Origin: a virus
Lineage: Duplodnaviria; Caudoviricetes
Length of the DNA: 64,000 nucleotides
Virus record (IMG/VR): IMGVR_UViG_2912838376_000002
Span: 1-64,000 of that record
Reading direction: 5' to 3' (one strand)
Part shown: positions 33,286-40,657 of the stretch, one piece after another
Numbering within the stretch: position 1 is the first letter of the stretch
Layout of the letters: each line of letters begins with the position of its first letter
The notes under the pieces: model-generated
Databases searched by the model: none
Told to the model about the DNA's origin: nothing
What the model saw: only the letters and a program-made list of their open reading frames with translations
Translations under genes and position numbers: made by a program

Positions 33286-34059
33286 ATGAGAATCGAAAAG
33301 AAATATAAACCTTCCTTTCATAAAGCCAATGCTCGTTATCGTGGTGTAACAGAGCTTTCCCAATATACGAATTTTGTTCTTGAATCTGCTCATGACCTTT
33401 TATTATTAGGACACATTACAGAAGGAAATGAAGCAACAAATAAAGATGGCCACAAAAAAGAAATGTACAATAATTTCGTTTCTATCATGACAGGTGATCG
33501 AGAAGTAGGGAAGTCGAATGTATTTACGGCTTCCACGCTTCAAAAAATTGATTACTCTCGAACAGTTCCTGTTCCTGGATTAGATAGTTGGAGTCCATTG
33601 AATGGATGTACAAAGACAGTTGCGGGTGATGCAATTAAGCTTTCCTCAAATGGATTGTTAGACCCAGTAGGTATGTTTAGTACTCTTTATGTAGAACCAG
33701 GGGACAAGCTTTATATTCGTATGAAGGTAAGAAGTATAGGTGGTGCTGCTGATTTTACCTTTGGTTCAAACAATATGCGTATGGGACCAAATACAAATGG
33801 TGACACAAGAAAGGTTCCTCTACCACAAAGTAATGAATTTATCACTATCGATTACGTGTTACGTTTTCAATATGCTGAATCAGTATCAATTAACATAAAC
33901 GTTCATGAAAAACCGAATGTGTTAAAAGCAACAAATATCGAAGTAAAAGATCTTGAGATGTATTACTTCAATGAAACACCAATTCAAGTCTCATCTTTTG
34001 ATACAGTTATTAAACCAAATGTTGATGAACTAGAAGAAAAAATTAATTCGATACGATAG
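33286..34059 (+). CDS. Virion protein, paralogous family member 4, with CBM-like domain
   Basis: 257 aa; RGVTELSQYTNF...DLLLL motif. Confidence 0.65.
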   Translation: MRIEKKYKPSFHKANARYRGVTELSQYTNFVLESAHDLLLLGHITEGNEATNKDGHKKEMYNNFVSIMTGDREVGKSNVFTASTLQKIDYSRTVPVPGLDSWSPLNGCTKTVAGDAIKLSSNGLLDPVGMFSTLYVEPGDKLYIRMKVRSIGGAADFTFGSNNMRMGPNTNGDTRKVPLPQSNEFITIDYVLRFQYAESVSININVHEKPNVLKATNIEVKDLEMYYFNETPIQVSSFDTVIKPNVDELEEKINSIR

Positions 34060-34072
34060 GGAAGGTGAGTAT

Positions 34073-35320
34073 ATGCGCCCGATTACATTAAGAAATCCGA
34101 ATCTAAATAAAGGGCCTAGCTCTTCTGAAGAATTTAATAAACTACGTAATGATATTCAAACAGACATTACTACTTTGTTTGATATTGTTAATGACCATGA
34201 TGGTGTAATTTCTGAAAACATGGATCATATCTTACGTGAAAATTACTTCTTGCAAAACCGTCTAAAGAAATTAGAGGGAAGAGTGTATGAGTTAGAAAAG
34301 GATTATCAGAACAATAGTATAGCAGGGGAGAGTATCCTTACTCGATCTTTCTATCATGCAAGCAACATCATTTCATCAAATCCAAATAGCCCCGTTAATG
34401 TAGATACACTTCATGGGCTTATTACCCCAGTTGTTGTTCGATCTCATGATAAGATTGCCTATAAGAATGACTTAGGTGAATACATATTACCTAGCAACCT
34501 AGAAGTAAACGTATATGAGTCATCAGATGTAGAGCCAATTGATGAAGAAACAAAACAACGTAAATTCTACGAAGTAGATTCTAGTGGCATTACAAAAGCA
34601 TTTGATGGAGACAAGAACTCATTCTGGGTTCGTCAATCAGAAACAAATGAGAATAAATGTGTAACAGAAGTGTATGGATTGATTCATGTAAAGATCCCAC
34701 AAAACATTTCTAACAACATTTATACAAATACGATTACTCTTCATCCATCTCCAGAGTACTCTATGAGCGTTCTTGATATTCAATACAAGAATCAGAATGG
34801 GGAGTGGAGGCGTATTGAAACTTATCCCGTTAAAAAGGTAAACAATACAGATGTACCGGAAGAGATGGTTGAATCTGGTAAGTTAGTATTTGCATTCCCA
34901 AGACGACAAGTAACGGAATTACAAATCAAAGTAAAACAACCTTACTGGTTCAAGCATGACAATAAAAGAATCTTTATGTACGGATTCCAAGACATCGTTG
35001 TAGAGTACCGTGAGTATTCACAAGATACTGCAGAGTTCACAACAAAGTTCTCATTAGAAGGAACAGATCGTCGTTTCACAAATGTAAACACACCAAAGGT
35101 AACAGTACCAGTTGGATGTCCACCATTTAGCGACTATACTGTAAAACATGAATTGTATTTTGATGAGGGGTTAACGGAGAAGTTTGATTTCTCAACAGAT
35201 ATTTTCCAACCAATTCAATCTGTATATGTAAAAACACTTTTAAAAACAGCAGGGGATCAGGTACCATTCTTACGTGAGATTGAGTTACCTTACCGACATG
35301 AAGAATTAGAAGTACTGTAA
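34073..35320 (+). CDS. Virion protein, paralogous family member 5
   Basis: 415 aa; KGPSSSEEFNKL...DITTLF motif; AFDGDKNSFW discoidin-like segment. Confidence 0.7.
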   Translation: MRPITLRNPNLNKGPSSSEEFNKLRNDIQTDITTLFDIVNDHDGVISENMDHILRENYFLQNRLKKLEGRVYELEKDYQNNSIAGESILTRSFYHASNIISSNPNSPVNVDTLHGLITPVVVRSHDKIAYKNDLGEYILPSNLEVNVYESSDVEPIDEETKQRKFYEVDSSGITKAFDGDKNSFWVRQSETNENKCVTEVYGLIHVKIPQNISNNIYTNTITLHPSPEYSMSVLDIQYKNQNGEWRRIETYPVKKVNNTDVPEEMVESGKLVFAFPRRQVTELQIKVKQPYWFKHDNKRIFMYGFQDIVVEYREYSQDTAEFTTKFSLEGTDRRFTNVNTPKVTVPVGCPPFSDYTVKHELYFDEGLTEKFDFSTDIFQPIQSVYVKTLLKTAGDQVPFLREIELPYRHEELEVL

Positions 35321-35337
35321 TTCAGATAGGGACAAAA

Positions 35338-35365
35338 CTTCAATATAAAAATAGTTATATTGGAA
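35338..35365. other. 11-6-11 palindromic Xer-type core site (site A)
   Basis: CTTCAATATAA-AAATAG-TTATATTGGAA; inner 8 bp of the arms perfectly inverted; ATAA-N6-TTAT dif signature. Confidence 0.45.
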
Positions 35366-35513
35366 TACATAAACATTTAAAAGATTCTTGTACAAGTATT
35401 CTAATTGGTTTAAAATACAAAAAAGTATAACTATTTTCAATTCTTTAGTTTTCGCAAGAAGAAGCTATAACCGTCTTCTTCTCGTAGATAAAACATAGGA
35501 GAGGATTGGTATA

Positions 35514-35777
35514 TTGAGCAAAATATTGTCTGGTGATTCTAAACAATTACTACAAGAAGTAGATCGAAAAATGAGCATAATTGAGTCTATACTTCAGAAT
35601 AGTTCTGGATATGTGGTTGCAGAAGAAGTATCAAAGATTCATCAATTGCTTTTAGAGGCATCACGATTGTTACTTCTGTTAGAACAAGACCACAGGATGG
35701 CATCTCACGCAAAAGAATTAAATCTACAATTACAAACTTTTAAAGAACACTACAATCAAATAATGAGTAGAGGCTAA
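35514..35777 (+). CDS. Small helical hypothetical protein
   Basis: 87 aa, TTG start with AGGAGAGG upstream; terminator downstream. Confidence 0.6.
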   Translation: MSKILSGDSKQLLQEVDRKMSIIESILQNSSGYVVAEEVSKIHQLLLEASRLLLLLEQDHRMASHAKELNLQLQTFKEHYNQIMSRG

Positions 35778-35797
35778 ATATAATGTCTCTATAATCT

Positions 35798-35832
35798 AAA
35801 AAGATCAACTTACGATATGAGTTGGTCTTTTT
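35798..35832. terminator. Bidirectional terminator
   Basis: AAAAAGATCAACT...AGTTGGTCTTTTT. Confidence 0.6.
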
Positions 35833-35988
35833 ATTATGTTAAATACAATTTGTCAATTCATAAAATTACCTTTGATAACTCCACTTTTTGTGAATCTAAA
35901 GATCGGGATTTAATGTTATTATATGAATTGTCAGAAATATAATACATATGTAAATATTTTTGAAAATCACATTTGGAGGAATTATACT

Positions 35989-36714
35989 ATGGTAAAATCT
36001 AAAACAAAATTAAAGAAAATCATTCCGGTAACAATGCTATTAGCAACTACGCTAACATCTGCACCACTGTCTTCTTTTGCGGCTGAAAAAAACGATGTGC
36101 AAAACAATTATGTTTCTTCTCAAAAAGCTAATAAAGCATTTCAACCTACAGAAGAATCAATTACTTTTATGTCTAAAGTAGTAAGCAGTGGGGCAATTAA
36201 AGAATTTGATTTTAGTCCAGATTTAAAAACAATGACATACAAACATGATATGGCCACAATGAAAAATACTTACAACTTTAATGATGAAGAGATTGCTAAA
36301 TTAGAGCAAATCGTAACCTTCTATAATGAAAGTGTGAAGAATAATTCTAGTTCAGGTTTAACTAATCCAAATATGAACGCAGTTAAAAAAGGTGGTCCAC
36401 AATATGTAGTAACTGATTACGGTTGGACATGGATTAAAATGACGTTCACGAATGCAGAAACAAAATTACTTTTAGCAGGCGCTGCAGCTGAAGGAGCATA
36501 TGCTATGTATGCCGCATTTGTAGGACTATCAGCAATTACAGCTACACCAGTCGGAGGAGCGATTATCTCTGCTTTAGCTTTGATGGGGCTTCCTAAATTT
36601 GCTTCAATTTGTCAAACTGTTCTAAGGGCGCTTGCTGCAGGAAAAGGAGTTTTCATTGAAATTGGAATGGATGGTGTGATTCCATATATCTCTGCAAGTG
36701 TTGCGAGACATTAA
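35989..36714 (+). CDS. Secreted protein with a hydrophobic Gly/Ala-rich C-terminus (putative bacteriocin precursor)
   Basis: GGAGG RBS; Sec-type signal MVKSKTKLKKIIPVTMLLATTLTSAPLSSFA; hydrophobic C-terminal ~90 aa. Confidence 0.55.
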   Translation: MVKSKTKLKKIIPVTMLLATTLTSAPLSSFAAEKNDVQNNYVSSQKANKAFQPTEESITFMSKVVSSGAIKEFDFSPDLKTMTYKHDMATMKNTYNFNDEEIAKLEQIVTFYNESVKNNSSSGLTNPNMNAVKKGGPQYVVTDYGWTWIKMTFTNAETKLLLAGAAAEGAYAMYAAFVGLSAITATPVGGAIISALALMGLPKFASICQTVLRALAAGKGVFIEIGMDGVIPYISASVARH

Positions 36715-36736
36715 GGTGAGTCAGGGAGGTGGTACT

Positions 36737-37087
36737 GTGACAAAGAAAAAGATGGATACGTTTAAAATTGCATGTGGTTTTGGAGTCTGGGGGTACACCT
36801 TTTTTCTAGGTGCTATGCTTACACATGTGTATTATGCTGGTGATCTTCTCCTAGCAACATGTATCTATGGATTTATTGGGAGTGTACTTTTAACTATACA
36901 ATATCATATGTTACGGGATCTCCCATTTACGGAGCGTCTCCTTGAAATAATGATAGTACTAATAATACAGGCATATACTATTTTTTCTGAACATCAAAAT
37001 ATGAATGTGGTAATGCTTGTATTTGTTATTGCTGTTGTGAGTTGTGTATTAATTAATCAAAAGAAAGTAAGAAAAGTATATAGGTAA
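36737..37087 (+). CDS. Four-TM membrane protein (putative immunity)
   Basis: GGGAGG RBS before GTG 36737; four hydrophobic segments with basic termini. Confidence 0.55.
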   Translation: MTKKKMDTFKIACGFGVWGYTFFLGAMLTHVYYAGDLLLATCIYGFIGSVLLTIQYHMLRDLPFTERLLEIMIVLIIQAYTIFSEHQNMNVVMLVFVIAVVSCVLINQKKVRKVYR

Positions 37088-37111
37088 CTAATAATGTCAT
37101 CATAAATTCCT

Positions 37112-37157
37112 AAAAAAGAGAAGGGAGCATAACCGAAATGGCATGCTCCTTTTTTAT
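37112..37157. terminator. Bidirectional terminator at the coding-strand switch
   Basis: A-rich run, GGAGCAT...ATGCTCC hairpin and T run between convergent genes. Confidence 0.65.
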
Positions 37158-37358
37158 TTAAAACTTTATCTTTGAAACTTCTTCTAATAAAGCTTTCTTT
37201 TTATTCTCATCAGTTGTTGTAAGAGATTCATTAATCATTCCTGTAGCTTTAAGAAAGTTCTTAACTGCTTCTACTTCTTCGGGTCTAGAATCTTCGTTTT
37301 CTAAAACCTCTAAAGCATATGTAATTGAAGTAGCAAGTGAAACCGTTAAAATTTCCAT
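37158..37358 (-). CDS. Hypothetical protein
   Basis: AAGGAG RBS before MEILTV. Confidence 0.6.
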   Translation of the reverse strand: MEILTVSLATSITYALEVLENEDSRPEEVEAVKNFLKATGMINESLTTTDENKKKALLEEVSKIKF

Positions 37359-37420
37359 ATTATTATCTCCTTCTAAATGGCTTTTAATATGTATTTCTAC
37401 AGGTAACAAGTAATACCTTT

Positions 37421-37627
37421 TTAATTGTTTAAATCATAAATCATACCAGCGAAAAATATCCCTATAACTACAAGTGCGATAAGAGCACCTAATAGCATTT
37501 TCCCAAGAGAGCCAGTTAGAATTTCATGTAACATTCCTTTAGCATGCTCTTGAGGTTTTCCTCGTAAAGTGAGGGAGAGGATGAAAGTAATTATTAGTAA
37601 AAATAATGCCGCAATTAAATATCCCAT
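37421..37627 (-). CDS. Two-TM membrane protein
   Basis: AAGGAG RBS; two hydrophobic helices. Confidence 0.65.
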   Translation of the reverse strand: MGYLIAALFLLIITFILSLTLRGKPQEHAKGMLHEILTGSLGKMLLGALIALVVIGIFFAGMIYDLNN

Positions 37628-37700
37628 TGTTTATGTATCTCCTTAATTTAAGTTGTCCAATACATTATATCAGCTGGAACATCTGAAGGTAATAATATTT

Positions 37701-37913
37701 TTATTTACGTACAAGTCTTATTCTATTGAATTGAGCAAGGTTATTATTAGTGTCATGAGCCATTACTTTATCGACGATTCTAACACCTATATAATCCTTA
37801 AAATCCTCGTCGCCATCTTTAATCTTTTGTTTGATCTCAGCAGCTTTTTGTTTGCAAAATTCATTTGTGTAATACCCAGTACACCATAAGAGAGTTTTAC
37901 TTCTATCAGCCAT
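37701..37913 (-). CDS. Hypothetical protein
   Basis: 70 aa; starts 2 nt after the stop of the ArfA-like ORF. Confidence 0.55.
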   Translation of the reverse strand: MADRSKTLLWCTGYYTNEFCKQKAAEIKQKIKDGDEDFKDYIGVRIVDKVMAHDTNNNLAQFNRIRLVRK

Positions 37914-37915
37914 AA

Positions 37916-38065
37916 TTACACCGCTCTTAAATCGATTTTAGAATTTTTGCGTGAGTAAGAACCTTTGCCTTTTTTAGCTTTATCAGCTCTTGCTGGTGGG
38001 GGCATAGTTCCACGGTTTTGTGTCATAACACCAATACGCTTATCTTTATTCTGTTTATTTTTCAT
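37916..38065 (-). CDS. ArfA-like alternative ribosome-rescue peptide, 49 aa (not in ORF track)
   Basis: MKNKQNKDKRIGVMTQNRGTMPPPARADKAKKGKGSYSRKNSKIDLRAV; contains KKGKGSYxRK, the conserved ArfA motif; AAGAAGGA RBS. Confidence 0.65.
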   Translation of the reverse strand: MKNKQNKDKRIGVMTQNRGTMPPPARADKAKKGKGSYSRKNSKIDLRAV

Positions 38066-38101
38066 AACAAATTCCTTCTTTCTTAATAACAATAGTGAAT
38101 A

Positions 38102-38235
38102 GAAAAAGACAGCCTGCGAACGGCTGCCTCAATCCTTAGGGAGGAAAATAATGATTTGGTAAAGTAGATAGGTTTTAAACAAGTTCGGATTTCACCGGGA
38201 GGTGTGAAAGCGTAAAAACTTGCGAGGTAACTTAC
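38102..38235 (-). ncRNA. Candidate sRNA with C-rich anti-SD motifs
   Basis: No substantial ORF; minus-strand hairpin UUUCAC-ACCUCCCG-GUGAAA, a second UUUUCCUCCCU, and terminator GGCAGCC-GUUCGCA-GGCUGUC-UUUUU. Confidence 0.4.
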
Positions 38236-38277
38236 TCTCTTAATAAAACCTTTTCACTGTGCATATGCAACTTTGTA

Positions 38278-38451
38278 TTACATCAAAATTTCCGGATGAT
38301 ACATTTGAATGTGTTTAGCATCATCAAACGTATACGACGACATAAAATCTAATGTATTTTCATAATCAGTATGTTCCTTAACGTACAAACCTAGTGCGAT
38401 GAAATTAACGGTTAATGTTTGGTTGTAACCAATACACAAATCAATTCTCAT
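38278..38451 (-). CDS. Hypothetical protein (57 aa)
   Basis: GGAGG RBS before MRIDLCIG. Confidence 0.55.
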   Translation of the reverse strand: MRIDLCIGYNQTLTVNFIALGLYVKEHTDYENTLDFMSSYTFDDAKHIQMYHPEILM

Positions 38452-38517
38452 GATAAAACCTCCAGTAAAAATATATGTAATTAACCCAAAGAGGGGATTA
38501 AAGTTGCTTTCGAACTC

Positions 38518-38545
38518 TTTCAACATAATACCAATTTAGTTGAAA
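38518..38545. other. 11-6-11 palindromic difSL-like core site (site B)
   Basis: TTTCAACATAA-TACCAA-TTTAGTTGAAA, intergenic; flanks AACTC and GACATC shared with site C. Confidence 0.6.
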
Positions 38546-38586
38546 GACATCACCTGAAAATAAAACCAGGGGAAAGACCCCTGATT

Positions 38587-38799
38587 CTAATGAACAAAAA
38601 GTTCTCGGCCTTTAGTAAATTCTTTTTCATCTAAGATCAAATAATAAAAATAACATTCTTGATCATCGATAGGTTCAGAGCCTACTAGTTGAAAAGTTTT
38701 ACCGTACTTATTTACAAACCAAGTGCGAGCTTCATCATGGCTAGAGAATAAAGGGATTTTGGCTTCATCCTCACGAGAAATATGACCAGGAGCGTACAT
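38587..38799 (-). CDS. Hypothetical protein, possibly a remnant
   Basis: 70-aa ORF; an in-frame upstream ATG (38835) is separated by a TAG. Confidence 0.4.
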   Translation of the reverse strand: MYAPGHISREDEAKIPLFSSHDEARTWFVNKYGKTFQLVGSEPIDDQECYFYYLILDEKEFTKGRELFVH

Positions 38800-38843
38800 A
38801 GGATCGCCAACTTTCTACAAGATTAATTGTTTCATAGTTTGAT

Positions 38844-39248
38844 TTATTCCGTTTTCCTTCTCCAAATTTCAGCAGCTTTAGGTCTAATTTGAGCTTTGTG
38901 ATAAATACTCGTACCGCTAACACCTTTAGCGTTTCGCAGACCTACAGCTAATTGATAAAAATCATGACCATCTTGTTCGTACTTATATACGAATCTGTAA
39001 TCTCTTTTCATTTTACGAGGTGGATTCATCATTGAATGAAAGTCTAAGCGACTCCAACCCTCTAATTGGAATCTAAGTTCGGTATTTGGAAGAAAAGGAT
39101 TGGCCATTGCAGTCGCTATAGCATTCTGAAAAGTACCGTAATAAAATTCATGGAATCGTTCCTGAGTCATGCTCTGAGCAATTTCAGCAAGATCGTTCAC
39201 AATCTCCGGATGTATGTACACGTCTCTTATTGGATATCTACTGCTCAT
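38844..39248 (-). CDS. RelE/ParE-superfamily toxin-like protein
   Basis: VYIHPEIVNDL N-terminus; L...LEGWSRL...DYRFVY...AVGLR...SIY pattern; overlaps the upstream gene. Confidence 0.55.
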   Translation of the reverse strand: MSSRYPIRDVYIHPEIVNDLAEIAQSMTQERFHEFYYGTFQNAIATAMANPFLPNTELRFQLEGWSRLDFHSMMNPPRKMKRDYRFVYKYEQDGHDFYQLAVGLRNAKGVSGTSIYHKAQIRPKAAEIWRRKTE

Positions 39249-39684
39249 CTTTAAATTTCCATCCTTTTTCTTTTTTATTTTGCATAATTAAATCAAATAA
39301 TTGCTCAGGGTTATTAGATTTAATAAATTCACTTTTAGGAGTGTTTGCACGTTCAGCATACTTTTCACTAATTTCTTTTTGTTCTATAAAACTTTTTAGG
39401 TGCCTCTTTGGTCTTGGGTTTTTATTCTCAAGAGAAACTCGATGAGGTAATGGGTATTCAAATGCGACAAAAATGCCACTATCAGTTTCTTTTACTTTGT
39501 ATTTTGGTGGTGTTGGCACAGTTGGTGGCTCAGCATATTGTAGAGAAGAACGTATAGCTGGTACCGCTCTAGCTATGTTCGTCATTTCGGCCTGAGACAT
39601 TCCTCTAACTAGACTTAAAAGCGCATCTTTATCTCCTTTTTCTATTACATCCAACATAAGTTCTAACTTGTCGGTTGTTTTCAT
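39238..39684 (-). CDS. Putative cognate antitoxin
   Basis: 148 aa, GAGGTG RBS, overlaps the toxin by 11 nt; operator-like inverted repeat in its promoter. Confidence 0.5.
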   Translation of the reverse strand: MKTTDKLELMLDVIEKGDKDALLSLVRGMSQAEMTNIARAVPAIRSSLQYAEPPTVPTPPKYKVKETDSGIFVAFEYPLPHRVSLENKNPRPKRHLKSFIEQKEISEKYAERANTPKSEFIKSNNPEQLFDLIMQNKKEKGWKFKDEQ

Positions 39685-39722
39685 GCTTACTCACCTCAAT
39701 CAATATAGGTTTATTTTCCATT

Positions 39723-39756
39723 ATTATAGCATATATCTTCTCCGAAAAAGATATAT
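39723..39756 (-). promoter_or_regulatory. -10 box plus inverted-repeat operator of the TA operon
   Basis: TATAAT on minus at 39723-39728; ATATATCTT-N8-AAGATATAT at 39731-39756. Confidence 0.5.
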
Positions 39757-39774
39757 CTTAAACCAAGAAAGGCT

Positions 39775-39802
39775 TCTTAACGATAATATTATTATGTTAA
39801 CT
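39775..39802 (+). other. dif-like site (XerC/XerD, CodV/RipX type)
   Basis: (T)CTTAACGATAA-TATTA-TTATGTTAACT; right arm 10/11 to both the E. coli (TTATGTTAAAT) and B. subtilis (TTATGTAAACT) XerD arms as recalled; spacer is 5 rather than 6 bp. Confidence 0.5.
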
Positions 39803-39803
39803 C

Positions 39804-39831
39804 TTTCTACTAAAAACGCTTATTGTTGAAA
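39804..39831. other. 11-6-11 palindromic difSL-like core site (site C)
   Basis: TTTCTACTAAA-AACGCT-TATTGTTGAAA, 1 bp from the dif-like site. Confidence 0.6.
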
Positions 39832-39855
39832 GACGTCGAATCATTAAAAACTTTC

Positions 39856-40326
39856 TTATGCAGCAACCAATAGCTTTTCTTGTATAATTGCATTTGCTTT
39901 TTCTGCTGTAATTTTCTGAATTTCTCCATTATCAATTAGATAGAAATACTTATTCCCCACAATGTATGACTTGTATAAATCAAAATACATAGGATTATAC
40001 TTGTCCTCTAAAGGAATATAGTGTGTCCCACTACTTCTTAATAACCAAAGAGCCTTCTTATCCCCTGTTAGATACGCATGGAGATCGTGTAGGTAAAAGT
40101 CATTTGAGTAATGATTTACATGACTTGTTACTACCTCCTCCATTGCTAACAACTCCGGATAATCTTCTGGATTAATACCTGCTGGAAATGCCCAGTGTTT
40201 CACACCGTATTTTTCATTTAGTTTATTCGTAGTATCATATAGCTCAGATAATGCAGGATTTTTCAGTCCACTACGTCTACGAGCCCATTTATTTTTTACA
40301 CGCGCATAAAATTTAATATCTTCCAT
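39856..40326 (-). CDS. Hypothetical protein
   Basis: 156 aa, GGGAGAG RBS. Confidence 0.7.
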   Translation of the reverse strand: MEDIKFYARVKNKWARRRSGLKNPALSELYDTTNKLNEKYGVKHWAFPAGINPEDYPELLAMEEVVTSHVNHYSNDFYLHDLHAYLTGDKKALWLLRSSGTHYIPLEDKYNPMYFDLYKSYIVGNKYFYLIDNGEIQKITAEKANAIIQEKLLVAA

Positions 40327-40387
40327 TAATAATCTCTCCCTTTTATATAATATAAAAAAGCCCCTATCTCATAGGGACTCTTCATTG

Positions 40388-40657
40388 TTATTCGTATACT
40401 AAAAACTGTTCTCTTTCTTCATCTGTTAAATCTTTTGGTTCGACTCCACGTTCATTACAATATTTAAACAATGCTCTTACTTTTACTCTTGGTTCTTTTT
40501 TATCGCTTGGTTCTACATATACTCCGTCGGGAAATCCTCTTTCAAATCTTTCTGCTTTGTTAATCATAGCACCACGCACCTTTTTTATAGTATGCCCAGT
40601 CAATGAGTTCTTAACAATTCCAACTTTAACAGCTGAATTTCTAGCTAATTTAACCAT
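40388..40657 (-). CDS. Small basic protein coupled to the GNAT gene
   Basis: 89 aa; GGAGGTG RBS lies inside the GNAT 3' end. Confidence 0.65.
   Translation of the reverse strand: MVKLARNSAVKVGIVKNSLTGHTIKKVRGAMINKAERFERGFPDGVYVEPSDKKEPRVKVRALFKYCNERGVEPKDLTDEEREQFLVYE

Noticed and set aside
35834-35844. TTATGTTAAAT, an exact E. coli XerD arm
   Set aside because: No partner arm at 6-bp spacing; it lies in the AT-rich tail of a terminator
38138-38162. Plus-strand GGGAGG RBS with mini-ORF ATG ATT TGG TAA
   Set aside because: Three codons only; more simply the complement of the candidate sRNA's anti-SD tract
39735-39762. ATCTTCTCCGAAAAAG resembles the left part of difSL
   Set aside because: No matching right arm; better explained as the TA operator inverted repeat
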